Assembly: GCA_963974645.1 (NCBI GenBank)
Contig: CAXBEA010000007.1
Span: 191-64,190, forward strand
From: an uncultured Neptunomonas sp.
GTDB taxonomy: Bacteria > Pseudomonadota > Gammaproteobacteria > Pseudomonadales > Balneatricaceae
Length of the DNA stretch: 64,000 bases
Direction: 5' to 3'
The translations under genes and the position numbers were made by a program. The notes under the pieces were generated by a model. That model saw only the letters and a program-made list of their open reading frames with translations, was not told the origin of the DNA and ran no database searches. Shown piece by piece: positions 11,412-19,207 of this stretch (its first letter is position 1; every line of letters starts with the position of its first letter).

Positions 11412-11670
11412 GAGGATACTGCCTTGCCTCAACAAAGAGCGCCGGCCTGGCCTTTGTGGGCATCGCAAGCTGGAGTTTGCCATGGCGATAGAATCCTTAG
11501 CCTGACGTAGCCGGCAGGCGTGATAGTGAGTGTTGTGTCCTGCCAAATGGCAGTTATAAACTGAACAAAATCATCCTGGGTATGAGTCGTGCGGGTTCCA
11601 GCCACCAATCTGTCTAGACAGAATTATCGGGGAGTAGCCGGAACCTTTACGCTTAGCCTGGTGGCTCAGG

Positions 11671-12972
11671 TTAGAAGTTCTGACCTGAACACTTACCGGT
11701 CTTGACGTTGTAGTTGCCACACGACAGAGGAGCACGCCAGTCTGAGATCAGATCCTTAGAGCCGGGCAGGAAGTCGGACCAAGCATCACCGAGTACCGTA
11801 CCCGACGTAGCCCAGACCACTTCGAACTGTCCATCGTCTTGAATTTCGCCGATCAGTACCGGTTTGGTGATGTGATGGTTCGGTGCCATGGTCGCGTAAC
11901 CGCCGGTCAAGTTGGGTACGCTGACGCCGATGATGGCCTCTTGCACTGCCGTCGAATCAGTCGTACCGGCCTTTTTAACCGCTTCTATCCACATATTGAA
12001 GCCGATGTAGTGCGCTTCCATCGGGTCATTGGTGACTCGCTTATCGTTGCCGATATACTCGTGCCACGCGCTGATGAACGCATCATTGGCCGCGTTATCG
12101 ACACTCATGAAGTAGTTCCAGGCGGCTAGATGGCCGACCAGCGGCTTAGTATCGATCCCAGACAGCTCCTCTTCTCCGACTGAGAAAGCGACGACAGGGA
12201 TATCTTCAGATGAGATACCCTGGTTACCCAATTCTTTGTAGAAAGGTACGTTGGCGTCGCCGTTGATGGTTGAAACGACTGCAGTCTTCTTTCCCGTTGA
12301 GCCGAATTTCTTCACATCGGCAACGATACTCTGCCAGTCTGAATGGCCGAATGGGGTGTAGTTGACCATGATGTCCTCGGCCGCTACTCCTTTCATTTTC
12401 AGATACGATTCAAGAATCTTGTTGGTGGTGCGCGGGTAGACGTAGTCGGTACCCGCCAGAACCCAGCGCTTCACCTCTAATTCATTCATCAGGTAATCAA
12501 CGGCAGGAATTGCCTGCTGGTTAGGCGCTGCACCTGTGTAAAAGACGTTTTTGGACGACTCTTCACCTTCGTACTGAACCGGGTAGAACAGGATGCCATT
12601 TAGCTCCTCAACCACAGGCAGCACCGACTTGCGCGACACTGAGGTCCAAGCACCGAAGATCGCATCGACCTTCTCCTTCTCGATTAGTTCACGCGCCTTC
12701 TCGGCGAACAGCGGCCAGTTAGAAGCAGGGTCGACCACCACCGCTTCGAGCTGCTTACCCAGCAGACCACCGTTCTTGTTTTGCTCTGCAATCAACATTT
12801 CCATTGTTTCTTTGAGCGTCGTTTCACTGATCGCCATGGTGCCGGACAATGAATGCAATACGCCCACCTTGATAGTATCGTCGGCGGCGATTGTCAGCGC
12901 CGAGGCTGATAGTGCTGCACAGGTGCTCAAGGCAAGTAGAGATTTCTTAACCGCTTGCTTCGCGATGCTCAT
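11671..12972 (-). CDS. urtA: Periplasmic urea-binding protein UrtA
   Basis: 433 aa with a signal peptide, then DTIKVGVLHSLSGTMAISE, typical of UrtA/amide-binding LivJ-type proteins. Confidence 0.9.
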   Translation of the reverse strand: MSIAKQAVKKSLLALSTCAALSASALTIAADDTIKVGVLHSLSGTMAISETTLKETMEMLIAEQNKNGGLLGKQLEAVVVDPASNWPLFAEKARELIEKEKVDAIFGAWTSVSRKSVLPVVEELNGILFYPVQYEGEESSKNVFYTGAAPNQQAIPAVDYLMNELEVKRWVLAGTDYVYPRTTNKILESYLKMKGVAAEDIMVNYTPFGHSDWQSIVADVKKFGSTGKKTAVVSTINGDANVPFYKELGNQGISSEDIPVVAFSVGEEELSGIDTKPLVGHLAAWNYFMSVDNAANDAFISAWHEYIGNDKRVTNDPMEAHYIGFNMWIEAVKKAGTTDSTAVQEAIIGVSVPNLTGGYATMAPNHHITKPVLIGEIQDDGQFEVVWATSGTVLGDAWSDFLPGSKDLISDWRAPLSCGNYNVKTGKCSGQNF

Positions 12973-13050
12973 TGCGCGCTCCTTGTTTGAATAGGTCAGT
13001 TCGTTTTGGGTTTTCTGGGGTAGTGCACCCTCTTCTTCAATACAGGCATA

Positions 13051-13066
13051 GCAACGAGCAGGCCAA
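13051..13066 (-). promoter_or_regulatory. Sigma54 (-24/-12) promoter for urtA
   Basis: The minus strand reads TTGGCCTGCTCGTTGC. GG and GC are spaced exactly as in the consensus TGGCAC-N5-TTGC. The element lies about 80 nt upstream of the urtA ATG. Confidence 0.6.
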
Positions 13067-13139
13067 TTATTTTTTATGCCTATAAAGCAATTAGATATGT
13101 TGCTTAATTGTGTATTATCATTTTTTTTGAGTATTGTTT

Positions 13140-13155
13140 TGGTGCGAACGCACCA
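13140..13155. promoter_or_regulatory. Palindrome TGGTGCGAACGCACCA, a candidate enhancer-binding (NtrC-type) site
   Basis: Perfect dyad about 85 nt upstream of the sigma54 element. GCACC/GGTGC half-sites resemble NtrC boxes, but their order is inverted relative to the textbook TGCACC-N5-GGTGCA. Confidence 0.35.
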
Positions 13156-13318
13156 CGATGATGCGCGTTAAAGGCAGTAAATAAGGCATTAACTAAAAGT
13201 GGGGGGCTGGTACCAAACTGAATGAGAATAACGTTCGTATCACGCGGACGTTGTAGGTCTTCGGCAAGATGATGCATGAAATAGGCGCTAAACCTGGAGC
13301 GCCCAAGTCCTTCTCAAT

Positions 13319-13366
13319 TTGACAACCACTCATCCTAACTGTACCTTTCTCAAAGGGATTTTTGAG
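13319..13366 (+). promoter_or_regulatory. Candidate sigma70 promoter plus dyad operator in front of the WYL-hsd operon
   Basis: TTGACA (13319-13324), a 17-nt spacer, then TACCTT. It is followed by the dyad CTCAAA-gggatt-TTTGAG (13349-13366), about 25 nt before the WYL gene ATG. Confidence 0.3.
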
Positions 13367-13391
13367 TTCCCATTCGGTCAATGGATGAACG

Positions 13392-14348
13392 ATGTCGCAG
13401 CCTTCAGCACAACTTAATCAGATTGCTCGGCCCCAGCAGGAGCGGCTCGCGTATATCGAGTTTCGCCTGGTGTTTCTTGGCTGTCTGAATCGCTCTGATT
13501 TGGTCAGCCGCTTTGGTCTGAAAGAATCTGCCGCCTCCCGTGATCTGGCGCTTTACAAGCAACTGGCTAGCAACAACATTACCTACGATACCGTCGAGCG
13601 TACCTACCGGATCGGTCTGCAACTCAAGCCGTTGTTTGATTACCAGACGCAACAGGTGCTCACGGCATTGGCCGAGGGTTTTGGCGATGATTTCGTCGCT
13701 AGCTGTGGCTCCATGCTGCCCGTCGAACGGCCCAGTCGGCTGAATACCCTCAGTATTGAGGTGCTGGCTCCGATCAGCCGTGCGCTGTTTAGCGGTCGTA
13801 GCCTAACCGTTACCTATCGCTCGCTGTCCAGTGGCCGCACTACGCTTCCCTTGATCCCTTTAACCCTGGTCGATAACGGCCTGCGCTGGCATCTGCGCGC
13901 TTACGATCTGCAGCACGAGCGTTACGCTGATTTCATGCTGAACCGTATCGAGAAAGTCGAAGAAGCCGACTCCAAGGCGGATCAGGTTGCGTTGCGTCAG
14001 CAAGACAGCGACTGGCAGCAACAACTGGAACTGATCCTGGTTCCTCATCCAGCACTAACTCACCCCGATACCATCGCCTTCGAATACGGCATGGCTGATA
14101 ACCGGCTCAGGCTTTCTGTCCGTGCTGCGTTGGCCGGTTATCTGTTACGGCGCTGGAGTGTGGACTGTACGCCCGATCACCGCCTGCAAGGCCCTGAATA
14201 CCACCTCTGGCTGCAAAACGCCGAGGCACTGCGCCATGCGGCCAAAGACACCTTACCCAATCTCACTCTCGCACCCGGCTTTCTGTCTACCGGGACGGCG
14301 TTAACCCAAGAGAGTGCGCTCAACGCGACGCCACGAGGATTTGCATGA
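13392..14348 (+). CDS. wHTH-WYL domain transcriptional regulator (BrxR/CapW-like defence-island regulator)
   Basis: N-terminal HTH region (RLAYIEFRLVFLGCLNRSDLVSRFGLKESAASRDLALY). WYL-type core (LRWHLRAYDLQHERYADFMLNRI). The stop overlaps the hsdM start (ATGA). Confidence 0.7.
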   Translation: MSQPSAQLNQIARPQQERLAYIEFRLVFLGCLNRSDLVSRFGLKESAASRDLALYKQLASNNITYDTVERTYRIGLQLKPLFDYQTQQVLTALAEGFGDDFVASCGSMLPVERPSRLNTLSIEVLAPISRALFSGRSLTVTYRSLSSGRTTLPLIPLTLVDNGLRWHLRAYDLQHERYADFMLNRIEKVEEADSKADQVALRQQDSDWQQQLELILVPHPALTHPDTIAFEYGMADNRLRLSVRAALAGYLLRRWSVDCTPDHRLQGPEYHLWLQNAEALRHAAKDTLPNLTLAPGFLSTGTALTQESALNATPRGFA

Positions 14349-16249
14349 ATACCACCGAACAACAGTTTCTGAAGGAACTGGACGACAAGCTCTGGAAAGC
14401 CGCCGACAAGCTGCGCGCCAGCCTTGATGCCGCCAACTACAAGCACGTGGTGCTGGGGCTGATCTTTCTCAAGTACGTCTCCGACGCCTTCGAAGAGCGC
14501 CAGCAGGCGCTGCTGGCGCTGTTCCAGCACGACAGTGAGAAGAACATCTACTACTTGCCACGCGAGGACTACGGCAGCGACGAAGCGTACCAGCAGGCGC
14601 TACGGGAGGAGCTGGAGGTGCTCGACTACTACCGCGAGGCCAACGTGTTTTGGGTGCCCAAGCCTGCGCGCTGGAGCACGCTGAAGGAGAAAGCAGCGCT
14701 GCCGATCGGCACGGTGCTGTGGCAGGAGGAGCCTTCAGCGAATGGAAAAGAGCCTTCAGCGAAAGGGAAAGAGCCTTCAGCGAAAGGGAAAGAGCCTTCA
14801 GCGAATGGAAAAGAGCCCTCAGCGAAAGGAAAAGAGCCTTCAGCTCTTAATAGGAAAAAGCCTTCAGCGAATGGCAAGCCGGGTAGCGAGGTGAAGCTGC
14901 GCTCCGTCTCCTGGCTGGTCGACAACGCACTGGATGAGATCGAGAAGAGCAACGCCAAGCTCAAGGGGATTCTCAACCGCATCAGCCAGTACCAGCTCGA
15001 TAACGACAAGCTGATCGGTCTGATCAACTCCTTCTCCGACACCTCCTTCGCCAACCCGGTCTACAAGGGCGAGCCGCTGAGCCTGCACAGCAAGGACATC
15101 CTCGGACACGTCTACGAATACTTCCTTGGCCAGTTCGCCCTCGCCGAAGGCAAACAGGGTGGTCAGTACTACACGCCCAAGAGCATCGTCAGCCTGATCG
15201 TAGAGATGCTGGAACCTTACAGTGGCCGCGTCTACGACCCGGCGATGGGTTCGGGCGGGTTCTTCGTCTCCAGCGATCGTTTCATCGAGGAGCATGCCAG
15301 CGAGCAGCACTACGACGCTGCCGAGCAGAAGAAACACATCTCGGTTTACGGGCAGGAGTCCAACCCCACCACCTGGAAGCTGGCGGCGATGAACATGGCG
15401 ATCCGGGGGATCGACTTCAACTTCGGCAAGAAGAACGCAGACACCTTCCTCGACGACCAGCACCCGGACCTGCGCGCCGACTTCGTAATGGCCAACCCGC
15501 CATTCAACATCAAAGACTGGTGGAGCGAATCACTGGCCGACGATGTGCGCTGGCAGCACGGCACCCCGCCCAAGGGCAACGCCAACTTCGGCTGGTTGCA
15601 GCACATGCTGCACCACCTCGCCCCGACCGGCAGCATGGCGCTGCTGTTGGCCAACGGCTCCATGAGTTCCAATACCAACAACGAAGGTGAGATCCGCAGG
15701 CGCCTGATCGAAGCCGACTTGGTGGAGTGCATGGTGGCGCTGCCGGGCCAACTCTTCACCAACACCCAGATCCCCGCCTGTATCTGGTTTCTGACCAAGG
15801 ATAAGAGTGGCAAGGATGGAAAGAAACGCGACCGTCGCGATGATGTGTTGTTTATCGACGCCCGTAACCTCGGCTACATGAAGGACCGGGTACTGCGCGA
15901 CTTCACCCCGGAAGATATCGCTAAGGTGGCGGATACCTTGCACGCGTGGCGCCGGGCAGGAGCCCAAGTGCCGCGTAGGCCAGGGATGGCCGAGAGCGGC
16001 CCGAAAGGCGAGGCGTATGCGGACGTAGCGGGCTTTTGTGCCTCGGTGGACTTTCAGCAGATCGCCAAACACGACTTCGTACTGACACCGGGGCGCTACG
16101 TGGGCGCAGCGGAACAGGAGAAGGACGGCGAACCCTTTGCCGAGAAGATGGCGCGACTGACCGAACAGCTCAAGGAACAGTTTGAGGAGAGTGACCGGCT
16201 GGAAGCGGCGATCAAGCGCAATCTGGGGGGGCTGGGGTATGAGTGCTGA
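14345..16249 (+). CDS. hsdM: Type I restriction-modification N6-adenine DNA methyltransferase subunit HsdM
   Basis: HsdM_N-type N-terminus ([25 protein letters not shown]), AdoMet motif DPAMGSGGF and catalytic NPPF (VMANPPFN). Confidence 0.95.
   Translation: MNTTEQQFLKELDDKLWKAADKLRASLDAANYKHVVLGLIFLKYVSDAFEERQQALLALFQHDSEKNIYYLPREDYGSDEAYQQALREELEVLDYYREANVFWVPKPARWSTLKEKAALPIGTVLWQEEPSANGKEPSAKGKEPSAKGKEPSANGKEPSAKGKEPSALNRKKPSANGKPGSEVKLRSVSWLVDNALDEIEKSNAKLKGILNRISQYQLDNDKLIGLINSFSDTSFANPVYKGEPLSLHSKDILGHVYEYFLGQFALAEGKQGGQYYTPKSIVSLIVEMLEPYSGRVYDPAMGSGGFFVSSDRFIEEHASEQHYDAAEQKKHISVYGQESNPTTWKLAAMNMAIRGIDFNFGKKNADTFLDDQHPDLRADFVMANPPFNIKDWWSESLADDVRWQHGTPPKGNANFGWLQHMLHHLAPTGSMALLLANGSMSSNTNNEGEIRRRLIEADLVECMVALPGQLFTNTQIPACIWFLTKDKSGKDGKKRDRRDDVLFIDARNLGYMKDRVLRDFTPEDIAKVADTLHAWRRAGAQVPRRPGMAESGPKGEAYADVAGFCASVDFQQIAKHDFVLTPGRYVGAAEQEKDGEPFAEKMARLTEQLKEQFEESDRLEAAIKRNLGGLGYEC
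14729..14877 (+). repeat. In-frame 21-bp tandem repeat inside hsdM encoding (EPSA[K/N]GK)n
   Basis: Five near-perfect units GAGCCTTCAGCGAA(A/T)GG(G/A)AAA start at 14729, 14750, 14771, 14792 and 14813. Two degenerate units follow. Confidence 0.95.
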
Positions 16250-17747
16250 TTGGACCACCATAAGTCAGGTTGCTGATGTATTCGACGGCCCTCATGCCAC
16301 CCCTAAGAAAATTGAGTCTGGTCCCTATTTTCTTAGCATCTCTAGCTTGAAAAAAGGGAAGCTAGATTTGAGTAAGTCCGCCCACTTAAGTGAGCAAGAC
16401 TTCGTAAAGTGGACCAAGAGAATCACGCCTGAGCAAGGAGACGTTCTGTTTTCCTATGAAACTCGATTAGGTGAAGCGGCTGTGATGCCCGGAGGAGTTA
16501 GGGCATGCCTCGGGCGGCGAATGGGTCTAATGCGACCAAAGCGTGAAGCAGTACTCCCCGAGTACCTCCTTTACGCTTACTTGTCACCTACGTTTCAAGA
16601 CGTCATTAAGGCTAGAACGGTCCACGGATGCACTGTCGACCGGATTGCTTTAAAGGATCTACCTGATTTCCCTATACGAATCCCTAGTATCGAAGAGCAA
16701 AAGAAGGTGGTCGAGACCCTTAGTGCCCTTGATGGAAAAATCCAGCTCAACCAGCAAATAAATCAAACCCTCGAACAGATGGCGCAGGCGATCTTCAAAA
16801 GCTGGTTTGTTGACTTCGAGCCGGTCAAGGCCAAGATCGCCGCCCGAAAGCACTGGCTGGCCATGCAGCCCGCGAACGAAAGCGCCTCGCCCGTGTGTTA
16901 CGCCAGTGAGGCGGAGTATCGACCGCCAGGCGATGAGTCGCCAGCTGTCGATCTGGAAACCGCCATGACCCTCGCCGCCATGCGGGCGATCAGCGGGCGC
17001 GTTCTAACTGATGCGGGCACTGACCCACTTGCCCGTCTGCAGATCGAACAGCCCGAGCAGTACGCCGAACTGCGCGCCACCGCCGCACTCTTCCCCGCCG
17101 CTATGCAGGAGAGTGAGTTGGGGGATATACCTGAGGGGTGGGAAGTCGGTAGCTTAACTGACCTTCTGGAGTTCAATCCTCGCCGAATTCTAAAAAAAGG
17201 CGTGGTCGCTCCATATCTTGACATGAGAAATGTTCCGACATCGGGGCATCTTGCAGAGGAAATTATCGAACGAGAAATGGGTAGTGGTACAAAATTCGTC
17301 AACGGCGACACTCTGCTTGCTCGGATTACTCCTTGCCTTGAAAACGGCAAGACAGCGTTTGTTGATTTCCTTGGTGACGGGGAGACGGGCTGGGGGTCAA
17401 CCGAGTACATCGTATTGCGACCAAGGCCCAGTTATCCTACTTCACTTGGATATTTCATTGCGCGTAATGATAGCTTCCGTTTATCAGCTACTCAGTCCAT
17501 GACGGGCACAAGCGGCAGGCAACGAGCAAACGCGAAGGCCTTAGCGGATCTAAAATGGACTGTTTATCCTCCCGACCTTGTTGGGCGCTTCGATTCTATC
17601 GCTGGGTCATATCTGGGCTTGGCAAGGAGCCACGGCGATGAAAGCAAATCGCTGGCTCAGCTCCGCGACTCCCTGCTCCCCAAGCTCCTCTCCGGCGAAC
17701 TTACCCTTACCAACTCTGCAGAACGGAGTGCTCAGGTGGCCGTATGA
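16239..17747 (+). CDS. hsdS: Type I R-M specificity subunit HsdS (two target-recognition domains)
   Basis: There are two TRDs. Each is followed by the conserved helical region (EEQKKVVETLSALDGKIQLN..LEQMAQAIFKSWFVDFEP and SLAQLRDSLLPKLLSGEL). The ATG at 16239 overlaps the hsdM end by 11 nt. The longest ORF starts at 16182. Confidence 0.9.
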   Translation: MSADWTTISQVADVFDGPHATPKKIESGPYFLSISSLKKGKLDLSKSAHLSEQDFVKWTKRITPEQGDVLFSYETRLGEAAVMPGGVRACLGRRMGLMRPKREAVLPEYLLYAYLSPTFQDVIKARTVHGCTVDRIALKDLPDFPIRIPSIEEQKKVVETLSALDGKIQLNQQINQTLEQMAQAIFKSWFVDFEPVKAKIAARKHWLAMQPANESASPVCYASEAEYRPPGDESPAVDLETAMTLAAMRAISGRVLTDAGTDPLARLQIEQPEQYAELRATAALFPAAMQESELGDIPEGWEVGSLTDLLEFNPRRILKKGVVAPYLDMRNVPTSGHLAEEIIEREMGSGTKFVNGDTLLARITPCLENGKTAFVDFLGDGETGWGSTEYIVLRPRPSYPTSLGYFIARNDSFRLSATQSMTGTSGRQRANAKALADLKWTVYPPDLVGRFDSIAGSYLGLARSHGDESKSLAQLRDSLLPKLLSGELTLTNSAERSAQVAV

Positions 17748-18763
17748 ACAAAGACCTCACATCTTCACTGGTGGCGCGCAAAAACGTACTGAACAACCCT
17801 TATGCGTTAACCCAGCTAGAAACCAATTTGCGGCTTGGCGGTTTGCACTTTGAGGGGGAGACCGTTTTTACCAAGCAGCAAACGGCGGACATTCTTGCCG
17901 TCGATGAACGCACGGTTGATCGTTATTTGAGCAGCCATAGTGAAGAGCTTAAAGCCAACGGCTATAGCGTGCTAAAGGGGAAAGCCTTGAAGGCTCTACG
18001 CTTAGCTTATGTCGACGACACAGATGTCGTCGACATAAATCCTAAGGCACCTTCACTTGGGGTGTTCAGTTTTCGAGCAGTTTTAAACTTGGCGATGCTC
18101 GTCACAGAAAGTGAGCGAGCCAAGGCGATTCGTAGTCGGATGCTGGACATCGTTATTGATGTGATCGCTGAGAAAGCAGGCGGGCATACCAAGTTCATCA
18201 ACCAGCGTGACCAAGACTACTTGCCTGCCGCCTATATGGAGGACAGCTACCGCAAGCAGTTCACCGATGCTCTAAAAGATTGCCTGGACATGGGGCATTT
18301 CAAATATGCCGTGTATACCGACAAAATCTACAAGGCGGTTTTTTGCGAGAACGCTGTTGAGTACAAAAAGGTGTTGCGTCTGGCGGGCAAAGACAAGACT
18401 CGTGAAACTATGTACGCCGAGGTCCTAAAAGCGATAGCTAGCTTTGAGCACGGGCTAGCAGTCCAGATGCGTCAGGAATCAGAACGGCTAGGCAGAATGC
18501 TTAAACCAGCGGAGCTTGATGCACTGATTGCCGTAGCAGAGAGCAACCCGTTTTTAAAACCCGCTATAGAAGACGCTCGCGCCCGCATGGCCAGTCGTGA
18601 CCTGGGCTTTCGAGATGCCCTACATGACAAACTGGAGCATTACATCCAGTCAGTGCCTGAGGGGGACTTCGATAAGTTTCTTGGTGAAAAGAGCCGGTCA
18701 TTAGAGGAGCAGCTTTCTGACGCCGAAACGCTTAGTGTGCTTAAACGGCTAAAGGACCGCTGA
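17744..18763 (+). CDS. HTH-containing protein of unknown function embedded in the hsd operon (orf339), possibly a distant RhuM-like protein
   Basis: Likely HTH (FTKQQTADILAVDERTVDRYL). The rest is helical with no motif I can name. The start overlaps the hsdS stop (ATGA), and the stop is 1 nt before the doc GTG. The RhuM relationship rests only on overall architecture and context. Confidence 0.75.
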   Translation: MNKDLTSSLVARKNVLNNPYALTQLETNLRLGGLHFEGETVFTKQQTADILAVDERTVDRYLSSHSEELKANGYSVLKGKALKALRLAYVDDTDVVDINPKAPSLGVFSFRAVLNLAMLVTESERAKAIRSRMLDIVIDVIAEKAGGHTKFINQRDQDYLPAAYMEDSYRKQFTDALKDCLDMGHFKYAVYTDKIYKAVFCENAVEYKKVLRLAGKDKTRETMYAEVLKAIASFEHGLAVQMRQESERLGRMLKPAELDALIAVAESNPFLKPAIEDARARMASRDLGFRDALHDKLEHYIQSVPEGDFDKFLGEKSRSLEEQLSDAETLSVLKRLKDR

Positions 18764-18764
18764 C

Positions 18765-19205
18765 GTGGAGTTTACTATTCTCTACTTCGACCTGGATCAT
18801 GCGATAAGCGTGCATGACTGGATCATTGAGCACTCTGGAGGATTGGCCGGCACCAAAGACGCAGGTCAGCTATCAAGCGTTCTGGAACATATACAGAATG
18901 ACTGGTACTACCCGAGTTTTGAAGAAAAGCTGAATCACTTAGTTTTCGCCATCAATAAATTTCACTCCTTCAACGATGGTAACAAACGCTCCAGTTTGGT
19001 GTTGGGTGCCTATTTCCTTGAATTGAATGGCTATGACTACTGTGTGAAGCCATTCATGCTGGAGATGGAGAATATCGTCGTATGGCTTGCAGAAGGCAAA
19101 ATATCTAAAGACCTGTTACTCAAATTGATTACGTCATTGATCATGGATGACGACTACCCCGAAGATCTCAAGCTTGAGCTGCTGGAAGCATTGGAAAAGG
19201 AATAG
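18765..19205 (+). CDS. doc: Fic/Doc (death-on-curing) family toxin-like protein
   Basis: Fic/Doc motif HxFx(D/N)(A/G)NKR is present as HSFNDGNKRSS. The N-terminus (VHDWIIEHSGGLAGTKDAGQLSSVLE) is typical of Doc. GTG start. Confidence 0.85.
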   Translation: MEFTILYFDLDHAISVHDWIIEHSGGLAGTKDAGQLSSVLEHIQNDWYYPSFEEKLNHLVFAINKFHSFNDGNKRSSLVLGAYFLELNGYDYCVKPFMLEMENIVVWLAEGKISKDLLLKLITSLIMDDDYPEDLKLELLEALEKE

Positions 19206-19207
19206 GG

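Noticed and set aside
11412-11546. N-terminal 45 codons of the longest urtB ORF
   Set aside because: This part is Arg/Cys/His-rich and non-hydrophobic. The internal ATG at 11411 yields a proper signal peptide, so the extension is probably not translated.
13193-13381. 62-aa minus-strand ORF between urtA and the WYL regulator gene
   Set aside because: It has no RBS or motif and lies in the probable promoter/operator region of the WYL-hsd operon.
14629-15054. 141-aa minus-strand ORF with a striking AEGSFPF repeat
   Set aside because: It is the antisense reading of the 21-bp hsdM repeat. It lies fully inside hsdM, which has clear methyltransferase motifs, and it has no independent start or RBS support.
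15530-16261. 243-aa minus-strand ORF, plus 14864-15463 and 15346-15813
   Set aside because: These are antisense shadow ORFs inside GC-rich hsdM. Their composition is Arg/Gly/Val-rich, as is typical of non-coding frames.
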